The translations under genes were made by a program, and so were the position numbers. A stretch of DNA of 64,000 nt. Origin: Eledone cirrhosa (Eukaryota). The notes under the pieces were generated by a model, which saw nothing but the letters and a program-made list of their open reading frames with translations, searched no databases and was not told the origin of the DNA. The stretch is from contig OZ024742.1 of the NCBI GenBank assembly GCA_964016885.1, positions 327,670,001 to 327,734,000 on the forward strand, written 5' to 3'. Shown piece by piece: positions 13,466 to 27,860 of this stretch (within the stretch, counting starts at the first letter, position 1; the number at the start of each line of letters is the position of its first letter).

Positions 13466-13515
13466 GAAAACTGCACTATTCACAAGTGTTTTTTAACCTT
13501 CATATCACGTCTCCC

Positions 13516-13586
13516 TATTTTATCTGACGAAAACGCAAATGTCATCGCATGATGATATTTGTTTTTGAAATGCGCATAATAAAATA
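13516..13586 (+). ncRNA. Type I HHR in the inverted pLTR of PLE copy 1
   Basis: TATTTTAT-CTGACGA-AAACGCAAATGTCATC(GCAT)GATGATATTTGTTTTT-GAAA-TGCGCA-TA-ATAAAATA: perfect 8-bp stem I, long stem II, palindromic stem III. Confidence 0.9.
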
Positions 13587-14179
13587 CATGGAACTCTTTT
13601 AACCATCTTTTGATCTTATATATTATTTATACTCCAGTCCTACAAACAGTAGAGTGCTACTTATCCGATATTTTCATTGCTACAATAAAACTCACCTCCT
13701 ACATTATATATATATATAGAGAGAGAGAGAGAAAGGGAGGGAGAGAGAGAGATGTAAAAATTAATTTTTGAATAATTTTGAATTTATTGCACATATTTCC
13801 AGAACATTATGATTATCAGCATTATACGTAGAATTATTGAAAAGATTAAAAAAAAAAAATAATAATCCAAACCCCCAAACCCCCAAAAACGAAAAAAAAA
13901 AAAAAAATTTAAAATAAGTACAATTAAAAATAAATTTAAATATATACATTATGCACTTTTCACAGAAAAATAAAAAAAATATCATTAAATTAAAACAGAA
14001 TATAACCGAATCTAATTCACACTTTACAAGGAAATATTGACATCATTAGTCTACCTACTGTCATCCTAAATGTTTACATCTCAGGTGCGAAATAACTATG
14101 GTTTTATTTGTGTTTTCGCTTCTATGAATTACGCATAACATTCTTTCAGTAATTCTATGAAATAGTGCTGATATTTATA

Positions 14180-14330
14180 ATTGTTTCCACTTTTTGGCAC
14201 TTTATTTTATCGACCCCGTAAGGATGAAAGGCAAAGTTAACCTCGACGGGATTTGAACTCAAACCGTAAAGGGATGTAACTATGCTAGAAAGCATGGCGT
14301 CCAACCCTCTACTAAATACTGCCAATTCAC
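14180..14330 (-). mobile_element. SINE family 1 copy
   Basis: TTTTATCGACCCCGTAAGGATGAAAGGCAAAGTTAACCTCG core. Confidence 0.82.
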
Positions 14331-14598
14331 CATTTATAAGGCTCTGGAATATGTTTAAAGAATTAAAAAATGAATTAAGAACTAATTTTTCCATCTATAA
14401 ATTTGACTATTTCTGCCCTCTGTTTATGCCTGTCTTTTCAGCCTTTTCTACTTTAAAAAAATCTCCTTTTTCTTCAGACCAATAATATATAATCACATTG
14501 AGGTATTGCTAAACTGTTTGGCAATTTTATACTATCATATGTAATTCTCCACATACAATTTGAGTTATATATATTTAGCTTTGCTATATATATATATA

Positions 14599-14944
<346 letters not shown>

Positions 14945-15431
14945 TTATTAATATAACAGATTAAAGTTTAAGCAAAGAATCGCTGCTTTCACCCTTAACG
15001 GGATCTTCTGAAACTAACAAAGTCAATCTGTAAACGCAGAACTGGATATTTCCAAAAACGTTGCAACCGGAGGAAGACAGGAAGACAGGAAGACGATACT
15101 TTGGTTCGTGGAAACGTTCGCTGGCAAAGAACGGGAAAAAACGAATAATACGTCATTAATAGGAGCGGTGAAAAACAATTACGCGCAAAGACAAAACCAC
15201 GTTTATGGTATAAAAGAGGTCGTAGACTAATGCCGGGAGAATTATAGATGGTTCTCTTGAAAAACTTTCGACAAACACTCTCCACCGAAATAGAATAAAA
15301 TTAAGGGATTACTGACCACCTCCACACAAAGTTTTATAAGAATTACTCCATAGGTCGAGACAAATCCCGCAAGGTATCTCATCCGATGAGCTAACAATTC
15401 TGTCAATCCATTCCTTGGACTGTTACTTTAA

Positions 15432-15636
15432 CCCTTTAGCATTTAAACCGGCCATATCCAACCAGAGTTTTCTAACCTCTTTCTGTTCAAACCGGCTGTA
15501 ACCAGCTGCTCATTACTGATGTTAAGATATTGTTCAAAATCTCGTAGATTCGATGTTATGCGAGATAATATTGTGAGGTAAAGCCTTTACTGTGAAAATG
15601 CAATAGTAAATATAAAGTAATGTAAATGCTAAAAGG
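15432..15636. mobile_element. piggyBac-type MITE
   Basis: TTAA on both sides (15428-15431, 15637-15640); TIR CCCTTTAGCATTTA / TAAATGCTAAAAGG. Confidence 0.8.
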
Positions 15637-16404
15637 TTAAGTTATCGATAGGATGAAAGGCGAAGCTGACCTCGACAGGGTTAGAACTCAGAGAGTAGTG
15701 AGCCAGAACAAATATCGCAAAGTATTTAATCATATATTGTAACAACTCTGCCAGTTAGCCGCTAATTCAGAAAAGATGTCCTTGACCTGCTTTAAACAAA
15801 AGGATTAAGATGATGATTCTGATGATGATTCTGATGATGATGGTGATGATAATGATGATGATGATGTTGATGTTGTTTTTGATGATAATGATGATGATGA
15901 TGGTTGGTTAATGACTCACTATGAAATATCGCCGTAAAAATGTGCCATCTCATTAGTTTTTTGGGCTATTTCTTTTAGCAATTATTTTTGCTCTTTCTTT
16001 CCCTCCTTTTTCTTCAAGAAAAAGATAGAAAAATGAGTTATTTCTGTGTCATTTCTATGTAATTGTTCAAGAACCTGTTTGGAACTATAATCTACAATCA
16101 GTTGGATCACAGACTAAACATTCTCTTTATTCTCTCAGACCGGTGGAACTGGTGGAACTCTCTTTAGAATTATTCTGTTTCCACCCAATTCTACGATTAA
16201 CAACAGCAACGACAGCAATGATAATAATAGTCTCCCGTGTCACTTTAGGATTCTGTAGAATTACTATCGCTAACAAATGAATACAGTTTTGATTTGAATG
16301 AAGATCGATTAAAAAGAATGTGAAAGCCAAATGACAAATTAAATACACAGAGTATAAAAGATAATCACATAGACTGAAGACGTGGAGAACAATTTCACTC
16401 GAAT

Positions 16405-16737
16405 GAACACACACATTCTCTCTCACACCCTCTCTCTCTCATACACACACATTCTCTCTCCCTCTCACACAAACACATTCTCTCTCTCTCTCCCTCTCAC
16501 ACACTCACATTCTCTCTCTCTCCCCCTTTCTCTCTCTCGCACACATTCTCTCTCCCCCTCCTTCTCTCGCTCTCACTCACTCTTTCTCTCACACACACAT
16601 TCCCCCCCCTCTCTCTCTCTCTCTCTCTCTCACACATTCTCTCTCTCTCTCACACACACATTCTCTCTCTCTCACACACACATTCTCTCACTCCCTCCTT
16701 CTCTCGCTCTCGTTCTCTCTTTGTTTCACACACACAT

Positions 16738-16768
<31 letters not shown>

Positions 16769-16772
16769 TTCC

Positions 16773-16827
<55 letters not shown>

Positions 16828-16828
16828 A

Positions 16829-16860
<32 letters not shown>

Positions 16861-16902
16861 TCCTTTCTCTCTGTCTCTCTCTCACACACACACACACACA
16901 AA
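16405..16902. repeat. Compound (CT)/(CA) low-complexity array
   Basis: Repeating CACACATTCTCTCTC units. Confidence 0.9.
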
Positions 16903-17365
16903 CATTGGACCTGCGTCGGTTCTGACGATGAGCGTTTTATTTGTTTAAAATAACAGAACTGCCTGCTCGTGACATTAACGTTCAAATAACTAAGCATTCC
17001 ACAGACACGTGTACTCAAGAAGATTCCGCAAATAACTAAGCATTCCACACGTGTACTCAAGAAGATTCCGCATGACTCAGTGTGTGTGACAAGTCAGACA
17101 CCTTGAATTAGAGGTACAATTGCTGTTGTTTCTTCACTTAAATAGTGTCTTGCTGAAGGACACAATGCGCTCCTGGGAATCGAACTAAAGATCCTAGGAT
17201 GTTTCAGCCGAACATATTAGCCACTAATTCACGCATCGTCACACACACGGACGAAGACACGCATACGCACACGTACACACACACACAGACACACGTATGC
17301 ACACTTTCATAACATTAATATACACATTAATATTTACGAATATATTTGTATATAGTGTTTTCATA

Positions 17366-17495
<130 letters not shown>

Positions 17496-17592
17496 GGTCT
17501 GCAGCAACAATAACACCTAATTCGCAGACCATCTCCGAATCAAATATTTTCCATCTTTTCTCTGATTGTGTTTGCTACAATTCCTTTATTAA

Positions 17593-17653
<61 letters not shown>

Positions 17654-17716
17654 GACACACACACACACATGCATGATTGGAACCGTGATTACCACTCCTG
17701 ACGTCGGCCGGGCTGG

Positions 17717-17837
17717 AAGTGGTATCAAGACTGATGGGTGTAGGATCAGTTTACTGGAATTTGAAGACAATATGATACTCTTTAACTCGAAGGAAGGTCA
17801 ACTCCCAATTGCACTCGAGAGGTTTGCCGCATACTGA
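17717..17837 (+). mobile_element. Degenerate LINE RT fragment around the FADD motif
   Basis: GIKTDGCRISLLEFEDNMILFNSKEGQLPIALERF resembles GI..g..is.LlFADD.vL...se..Lq..l.rf. Confidence 0.55.
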
Positions 17838-17969
17838 CTCGCGACCACCTTGCCCGAAAAAAAGTATTTTAACCTAACAATAAATGTTTTGATATTCCAA
17901 AACGGAGAAAGCAGGCTTTGCTGACATCAATTTTTAGCATCAATTTTTGTACATGCCATAAAGAACCTT

Positions 17970-18051
<82 letters not shown>

Positions 18052-18473
18052 CGTGCGTGAATGAGACTATAAGACATTCAGCAAGGCATCACATACGACA
18101 GTACAGTCACCAACTGACAAATATCGAAAGATGAAAGTCTCTGCAGACGTCAAGTGGGATATAACCGAGATATAAAAGAACTGGAATAAAATGCGGTGAA
18201 GTATCTTAATCCGACGCTAAGACGGTTACAACTCTAAGTCTTTCACAAACGTGGCGCCACCTGTAGGCGGAGTTTGTGTGTGTGAGTGTATTTATAGGCA
18301 GACAAACTAAATATATAGAGAAATAAATAGACCACCATCATATATATGTATATATATATATATATATACATACATATATATGTGTGTGTGTATGTGTATA
18401 TATATATATGCGTGTGTGTATGTAACTATATATGTATAGATAATATAATATATAATATTATATATATATATAC

Positions 18474-18530
<57 letters not shown>

Positions 18531-18596
18531 ATGATATTCAATAAATGGAAACTATATTTATAAAAACCAACAAATTAAATACCACTTCTACTTATA

Positions 18597-18632
<36 letters not shown>

Positions 18633-18633
18633 T

Positions 18634-18790
18634 AAAGGAAAAGAATGAATTCACTTGTAGTTCTAAACAACTTAATTTTATAATATAATAATTTTACAAT
18701 TTGGTTTTGTAGATCTATAAAACCAAATTATAAAAGTATAATATAAAATTAAATTGTTTAGAACTACAAGAAAAGTCATTCTTTTCCTTT
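18634..18790. repeat. Imperfect fold-back palindrome centred on TAGATCTA, with a tail to about 18838, in (TA)n
   Basis: AAAGGAAAAGAATGA...TTGGTTTTGTAGA|TCTATAAAACCAA...TCATTCTTTTCCTTT. Confidence 0.8.
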
Positions 18791-18832
18791 TTTGTCAGAT
18801 GTACCTAACTGTACCAACGATTTCACACATTT

Positions 18833-18927
<95 letters not shown>

Positions 18928-18974
18928 TAGTGACGAAACATAAGTCAATTGCATGAACTCATAATCCTTTATTT

Positions 18975-19030
18975 ACTGATATATATATTTCGATGATAGC
19001 CATTGAATGGCTATGACCACATCAGGCAGT
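18975..19030 (-). ncRNA. HHR-like motif (A9->U)
   Basis: ACTGC-CTGATGT-GGTCATAGCCATTCAATGGCTATCATC-GAAA-TATATA-TA-TCAGT. Confidence 0.6.
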
Positions 19031-19088
19031 TAGTCAGTTCTTAGATATGCCAGCTCTGTGTTTATAGTGTTGATGGTATCAGAGCCTT

Positions 19089-19641
<553 letters not shown>

Positions 19642-19722
19642 ATATATAATATTATATAATATATTATCTATACATATATAGTTACATACACACACGCATA
19701 TACATAATATATATGTACACAT

Positions 19723-19754
<32 letters not shown>

Positions 19755-22004
19755 GTATGTATATATATATACATACATATATATGTATGTGTGTGTGTGT
19801 ATGTGAATATACATATGTGTTAATCCATCCATCTATGTCATTCTAAACATATATTTCTGCAAAACTTCCCCTCATACACTCCCTCAATGCAATCAACCAA
19901 TCATCACCCTACACCACTTACACACGCAGATTCATACATATATATTATTGTTTGTATATGTTTATTCATTTATCAGTATGTCTTGGAGTGTACGTAATTG
20001 TATGTACTACAATTCAGAATGCTAAGGGAAACAACTCATAGTTAATGTTTCATTTTTACGATCTAAGGGAGAAAATTAGTTTTGTTATTCTGTTTCATTG
20101 GAAATAAAATATTTTATTATTTTACTCCGAGATCAACATTGCCTTTCATCCGCGTCCTTCATTCGTCGATAAAACAGCTAGGTACTTTGGTCAATATATT
20201 AAATTTTTTATCCCACTAAATTCCTGGCTTTATTGGACGCATACTTGTGAAAAACCCACTGTCCTGCATTCATGAACCCTCTCCATACTTGGCCTTTTTT
20301 GGGTACAGCGCTCGTCATTCTCACCACTGGGACCATAAATTCACAGCAATAAAATAGAAATAAGCTTGACCTGCCTCAGCAGTTTTTAAATTAAGGTTTT
20401 ACATACAAATTTAGTAAAAAACTCACAACAATAATATAGCCGCAAAGGATGTTTGAGAGAAAAAATAATTCAATTATAAACAAGGAATTTTTATTAGGTT
20501 GGGTGCAGCATTATTCATTTAGCATAATTAACTAGTTTGTGGGATAGAATTGCAAAAGTGTTATCCCAGAAGATAGCAAAGGAAATAAACTGCAAATGTC
20601 AGTCCACTTCACAAGACTCGACCATCCATTCATATCAATTAAGGAAGTAGTATGAAGAACCGGGATTCCAGATATCTCAATTGCAACGCCTTCAACAAGA
20701 AGGAAGTACACCCCACGATGGCATACTTGTGGATGCCATCGATACAATCGCAGGTAGTAGAGAAGAGAGATGGTCCAGATATCCAGGGCACCATATGGCT
20801 CCACGTCCACTATACATTATAGTATTATTACAGTATCTTTGACATGGTTTTATTCATATTTAAAAGAAAATCTATGGTTCGTTGGACAGCAAACTATTGT
20901 TTTAATGTAAGGAGTAAAGACTTCATTCATCTCACATCTCTACCGATACTGCCAAGCTACTTTTAACTATAATAATACTGAGGCGTAAATGTTTAAAACT
21001 AAATCTTTCGCTACAAACTTCCCTTTTAACAGGAAATTCAAGTATCAAATTATTTCCGGATTAAAAGATGTGCCGAACCATCAGTTGCCAGAAAAACAGT
21101 GTTATACATGTTGTTTGATTTATTTAGCTGACTGGCAGAACAATGGCCAACGACCAACAACGAATGGTGTTGTCGTCATTACAGTTCGTTCTGCTGTTGG
21201 ACACATATGCTGCTCACGTTTAAAGACGGTAAGCTGTAGTTTCACGAAGATTTAGTTGCTAGGAGGTCGACCAATAAGTAAAATCTCCTTCATTTCTTAC
21301 AAATATAGATGATGTTAACTGCTTAAGACAAGGGAATGTACTCTGGAATATGGTTACTTCCCTTGAAAAAACAGTAAACAAAACAAACATTTTGGTGTTT
21401 TCAAAGCTGTTTTTCCCCGCTTTTGGGAGTTGATTAATATGTCAGTGGTGGACTGACCATATGGGCAATTTGGCAGTTCATAGTAGTTTGCAGGGCTGGG
21501 TAGAGGAAGGAAGAGGAAAGATAAAGAAAGAGCTGCATTATACCGCTGCACAAATATTGAAACGGAAATTTAATGCGTTTAAGCTGAGCTGTCAAACTTC
21601 GCTTCTGTCCCTTTGCATACAACCGTCTGCAACTCAGTGTCGTCCGGATGCTCGGACCGGATTTAAGATCCCGTTCGCTTCCGGGAACAGTCATCCCCCT
21701 CCCCGACCTTTCATACATGGGAAACATTTCACAGACATATTCATTATCATGTGGAGATCCTACTAAATATTTCGACAAAATACAGGAGATGATCTGAGAG
21801 ACAATGTGTTGAAACAAATATATCGATATATATATATATATATATATTTTCATATATATATATATGGAATAATTGGGTAAATTGTGTCTATTTTTTCTTT
21901 AGAATTATAATTATATATAACTCTGACTAATTGGCTATTTACTTATTTAATCCTACGTGGAAATATATAGGGTAAATTTTGCCTGATTGTTCTTCACACT
22001 TATA

Positions 22005-22076
<72 letters not shown>

Positions 22077-22169
22077 CATAATATATGTAGAATTGCGTTT
22101 ACCTTGAAATGTATTTTTGCTAACTATGCTTTGATTTACTATACTGTATATATTATTTTACATAAATGA

Positions 22170-22358
22170 TAATTTCTACTTTTGGGACAAGGGCAACAAT
22201 TATCCCACTGCATTACTGGTGCTTTATTTTATCGACCCCTTAAGGATGAAAGGCAAAGTTAAACTCGGCGAGATTTGAACTCAGACCGTAAAGAGGCACA
22301 ACTCTATGCTGCAAAGCATGGCGTCCGACCTTCTACCTATACTGCCAATCCTCCGCCT
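22170..22358 (-). mobile_element. SINE family 1 copy
   Basis: Same core and B box as 8931-9120; further copies at 27985-28130 (-), 35620-35700 (+), 57140-57290 (-), 63942-64000 (+). Confidence 0.85.
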
Positions 22359-22798
22359 ATTATTAATTTGATTTTATAATATTACAACATTAAAATTTGG
22401 TTTTGTAGATCTAGATCTAGATCGCGCAGGACATTCTTTCAAACTGATATGTTTATATAAATATATATGCATATATGCAATAACTTAATCTGGCACTGTT
22501 TTTTAAAACTAAAACTATTACACCGTGAAAAAATCATTTTAGCCCTTCCAAAACACGCAAATCTGTTAACTTCACTTTACGTTTAACATTATTTCTTGGT
22601 GTCAAACCTTTCGACAAAATGTGTCCTTGCCCCTCACACAATTCCTCTGCAACTCAGTTTTTAAATTGCTAAAACGACTCTTTCGTGATGTAATCGATTT
22701 CTACAACAGTTTTAACTTGAATGGTCTAGGAAATTCCACACGACACAGTTTAGAGCAAGGCTGGTTTCCTTGAATTATAGCTAAAGTTCACCTGACGG

Positions 22799-22998
22799 NN
22801 NNNNNNNNNNNNNNNNNNNNNNNNNNNNNNNNNNNNNNNNNNNNNNNNNNNNNNNNNNNNNNNNNNNNNNNNNNNNNNNNNNNNNNNNNNNNNNNNNNNN
22901 NNNNNNNNNNNNNNNNNNNNNNNNNNNNNNNNNNNNNNNNNNNNNNNNNNNNNNNNNNNNNNNNNNNNNNNNNNNNNNNNNNNNNNNNNNNNNNNNNN
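22799..22998. other. Assembly gap (200 N)
   Basis: Run of N; contiguity across it is not guaranteed. Confidence 1.
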
Positions 22999-23561
22999 AG
23001 ACCTTTTCCTAGTCGTCACAGAAAACTTTATGTCTACCTGTTATGGTTTAATTGCTATAACGGACAGTTTTTTGGCTTATGCCAGACACCATGACACTGA
23101 CTGAACCAGCATTGCCATCTGAAGGGGTCAAAACTGCCAGAAGTCCATCTCGATGGCTGTAGTGCTTGGAGTTCTGTTTTGCGTTTGACTTTCTATTTTC
23201 CAAATTTTTTTTTAAAGATTCACTCTTCAAAAATTTCTTTTTTCGTTTTACCATGTTTTCGTTCGTTGGCTTCTCAATGTTAATTTTCCTACTATTACTT
23301 TCTATGTGGTAAAGTTCGACGAGCTTTTGATTCTAAAGTCGATACAGATCGAAACTTTGGCTGATCGATCGCGAAACGCGCATCACACCGAGATAGATGT
23401 AATGAAAATTTAACATCGTCCATTTAATTATTATTATTATTACACTCTGCTGAGTACAACAATAATATACCTACTGGAAACTACGCATCGAATGCTCACT
23501 CTGGTGAACCTACAGTATCTTGACGTTCTAACCTCAATATATATTTATGAGTGCGTGTGTG

Positions 23562-23626
<65 letters not shown>

Positions 23627-23669
23627 ACAGAAAAAAGAGAATCAGTGTTGCGAGGAAAGGAATTTATTG

Positions 23670-23764
23670 GACATATTACAATTGTTTCTCGGGCGACCAG
23701 CTCGAGGTACGATCTATGTGGTGATCAAACCCGACTCTGAAATGGCGCGGTTCTCGGATACGTC
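23670..23764 (-). ncRNA. HHR-like motif with enlarged stem II (family E; paralog at 43427-43530 +)
   Basis: GACGTAT-CCGAGAA-...-GAAA-CAATTG-TA-ATATGTC; the paralog reads AGACATAT-CTGAAAA-...-GAAA-CGATTG-TA-ATATGTCT. Confidence 0.55.
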
Positions 23765-23952
23765 TCGATTCTACGAAGCAAATTTGTCTATTGTCCTTTA
23801 ACATCGAATTCCTTCGTTTGTTGATTTAGATCCTGTTGTCATTCCATGCACGTCACCGGTATTTCTAGCCACTCGTGGTTGCCCACTGCTTGGTTCAAGC
23901 GTGAAACTAAAAACCTACCAGTTGTACTGCCTCTCTGTTTTTTGTTCTCATT

Positions 23953-24282
23953 GGTGCTATTATGTTTCCTCCCGTTGTATTGTATGCCTACGCCAAAAGA
24001 TGGCATACAATACAACGGGAGGAAACATAATAGCACCACTGACGATGTTGCAGATGTGCAACGAAAGAACTTTGTTAGATTATATATATATATGTGTTTG
24101 TGTCTATATTGTATCTGTATTTTTTACTGTTGGTCAGTCAATGGTAACATTGAGGACCGAAAAAATTAAATTAACTGATATAAAAGACACAGAAGCGAAA
24201 ACCAACCAAACAGTGAGTGTGTTCTGTTATTAATTCTGGTAATATTATTACACAAATATGACCCTCCCCAAGTATAACAATA
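23953..24282 (+). mobile_element. Family B element: ~35-bp-arm hairpin (23953-24037) followed by an HHR (24035-24076)
   Basis: GTGCTATTATGTTTCCTCCCGTTGTATTGTATGCC / GGCATACAATACAACGGGAGGAAACATAATAGCAC; CA-CTGACGA-TGTTGCAGATGTGCAAC-GAAA-GAAC-TT-TG. Confidence 0.7.
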
Positions 24283-24461
24283 TATATATATATATACACA
24301 TATATATTATACACACACACATATATATATATATAATAAGAAATTAACGGGACTAGAATAAGTTTCACTGCTAGTACCAGTCGCATCTCTATCTCAGCGT
24401 ACTCAATAGGTAATGTTATGAAAAATCCCAGAGTATATATGTATATATATATATATATCAG

Positions 24462-24537
<76 letters not shown>

Positions 24538-24548
24538 ATATATATATA

Positions 24549-24723
<175 letters not shown>

Positions 24724-24916
24724 TATATGAAAAGTAGATAAATCCACACGTATTTCAATCCAGGGTATAATCCGTGGGGGTATGATGCAGTTAGTTGAAG
24801 ACCGTGAAAATCACAGAGCATAAATATTCATTTCAGAGGATGTAACCAAAGTTAAAACCTTTTATATCTACAAATGAATAACCTTAACTGAGTAAAGCCC
24901 TTGGTAACCTCCCTTG

Positions 24917-25022
<106 letters not shown>

Positions 25023-25154
25023 TCTGCAGTGCTGAGACCGAGGAGACCACTAATCATGCGACGACTCGGTACATGGGGAGATGCAGAGTGGGTGATATAT
25101 ATATATATATATGTATAAACCCCACCGCAGTGCTAAGTGATTTCGGGTTTTTAC

Positions 25155-25237
<83 letters not shown>

Positions 25238-25287
25238 TATGTATATATGTATATATGTATCTATATATATAAATATATATATACATA

Positions 25288-25332
<45 letters not shown>

Positions 25333-25344
25333 TTGTGTATATGC

Positions 25345-25431
<87 letters not shown>

Positions 25432-25785
25432 TGCGTGTGTGTTTGTGTGTGGCTATAACTATTAATATCGGGAGAGTAGGAGATGGGCGTATAGCTACTT
25501 AGTAGATATGTATTTGGTAAATGGATGCAATATATTGACAGTTTGATGGATATAGACAGATGTGAATCTAGGTGATCTTTGGACGAGACTGATGTCTGCT
25601 AATGAGAGATCCGTGGAGCCAGGATCTGACCAACGGTCCAATATAATGACCACAACACTTCGTTAGTATTGATCCCTGATCTTTCGTTTCCTAATGATAG
25701 CCACTGGGATGATATCTTGATATCTCATCAGTGTTTTTAGAATATGGTTTATATCGTCATGCATTTTATATATACATATATAGAA

Positions 25786-25861
<76 letters not shown>

Positions 25862-25947
25862 CAATATATGTATATATATATATATAAAAATATATGTATA
25901 TATATACAGTATACATATATATAAATATATGTATATATATATATACA

Positions 25948-26038
<91 letters not shown>

Positions 26039-26091
26039 TACATACACACACACAAACAGACAGACACGCACACATAGACATAGACACATAT

Positions 26092-26141
<50 letters not shown>

Positions 26142-26293
26142 GGAGGTTGTGTATCATTGATATTATTTATACTGCAATAAATATCATCTATCATTGCCTT
26201 CATCACACTCCACACCGTCACCGCCGTCACCAACATAATCATCAACACCTCCATCATCAGCATCAACATCAAGACAATGAACATCATCACCAG

Positions 26294-26696
26294 CATCACC
26301 ACCATCACATCTATCACCACCATAACTACCATCACCATCATCACCACCATCACATCTATCACCACCATAACTACCATCACCATCATCACCACCATCACAT
26401 CTATCACCACCATAACTACCATCACCATCATCACCACCATCACATCTATCACCACCATAACTACCATCACCATCATCACCACCATCACATCTATCACCAC
26501 CATAACTACCATCACCATCATCACCACCATCACATCTATCACCACCATAACTACCATCACCATCATCACCACCATCACATCTATCACCACCATAACTACC
26601 ATCACCATCATCACCACCATCACATCTATCACCACCATAACTACCATCACCATCATCACCACCATCACATCTATCACCACCATAACTACCATCACC
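26294..26696. repeat. 45-bp minisatellite, about 9 near-identical copies, within a (CAT/CAC)n region
   Basis: Unit CATCACCACCATCACATCTATCACCACCATAACTACCATCACCAT. Confidence 0.95.
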
Positions 26697-27479
26697 TCCC
26701 TCAAACTTTTCATTCCCCTCCATCAACGTCACACTCATTATCTATACAGATTTTTATCAGTATCAATAACTCAACAGTAATATGGCAATATACACATATT
26801 ACAATGAACGTTATTACCAACACACAGACACTAAAATATTACAACTAATACAACACCAATAACAACGACAACGACAACACCACCACCACCAACAACAACA
26901 CCACCACCACCAACAACAACAACACCACCACCACCACTAACAACAACACCACCAGCAACACCAACAATAACACCACTACCGACAACAACAATACGAGTCA
27001 TTCAACATCATCATCACCACCACTTCACTCATCATCATCATCATCATCATCACCATCACTTCCACCATCGCCACTGGATAATAAGTTTCTGAGCTCCTTA
27101 CACATAGGTGAAATGAGGAATATGGTCTCGGTTGGAATCCCTTTGATAATAGCCATATTTCCACACGGCTAAGCTGGGGTTAAAATGCATCACTCACAGC
27201 TGCTGTGAAAATCAAGTAACTAAATCTCCTTCATTGCACATATGAACACAATTTATATAATAAATATGATTTATTATATAAAATCAAGTAAAATTAGAAA
27301 ACATAAAACGACCCCCCCCCCCCCCCCCCCCAAGAAAAAGTGAAGCCATACACATTTAATTACACGCTACAATAAGGGATTCTGATGTCTTAAAAAAAAA
27401 AAACGTTTGAGGTAGCCAAGACGCTCAAGGCATTATCACGTGTGGTAGCGAAGCAAATGTTCTGGAATAGCTTAGCATA

Positions 27480-27860
27480 CCCATAAGCATCAGCTGATAC
27501 TTGAGTAAGGCGAGTAAGGAACAATGACAAAGACCTTGTTGTCAGCAGCCCAGCTCTCCCGAATGTCTGGAATGCCAGAGACTAAAAAGAAATAGGTATT
27601 TCAGCGTATTTACCCGCTCACCTCAGATGCAGTAATCCCGTTCTCTCATAATCTGAATGTGAGAGGGAGCTGACGTCAAGCTGTGCACAGATCGAAACAT
27701 GAAATTAATTTCAACCATTCGTTACATCTCATCATGTAGTAAGGACCTTCCTCAAGTTGGAGCAAAATCAGGGTTGGGATCGCAGTAAGTATTGTAAACT
27801 CGTCATAACCTGGTCTGCAGACGAAGACTCGGCAAACTGGGTCTTGAGACCTTGTGATCA
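27480..27860 (+). mobile_element. Possible highly degenerate LTR-retrotransposon integrase C-terminal remnant
   Basis: GC-richer island with weak hints (KDLPQ..-like); frameshifted and not confidently alignable by eye. Confidence 0.2.

Larger units (their letters stand above)
10315..13710 (-). mobile_element. Naiad-type Penelope-like retroelement copy 1 (5'-truncated, inverted upstream pLTR, defective)
   Basis: RT motifs RLIAPSKSDLG, FIQFDIASYYSSI, FDITMGASDS, FLDVSLNL, SNHP, IIWYNAPFS; CNC..CPL..C + IY..YFG (GIY-YIG) + CNLC..EK..CLH; ~157-bp inverted repeat 10315-10472 / 13467-13626; flanked by (TA)n. Confidence 0.9.

Noticed and set aside
20531-21800. Possible host exons in a less repetitive region
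   Set aside because: Frames contain stops, with no recognisable domain or convincing splice pattern. Short exons cannot be excluded without RNA-seq.
23048-23254. 68-aa basic ORF next to the gap
   Set aside because: No recognisable motif and truncated context at the N gap; possibly a retroelement ORF start but unsupported.
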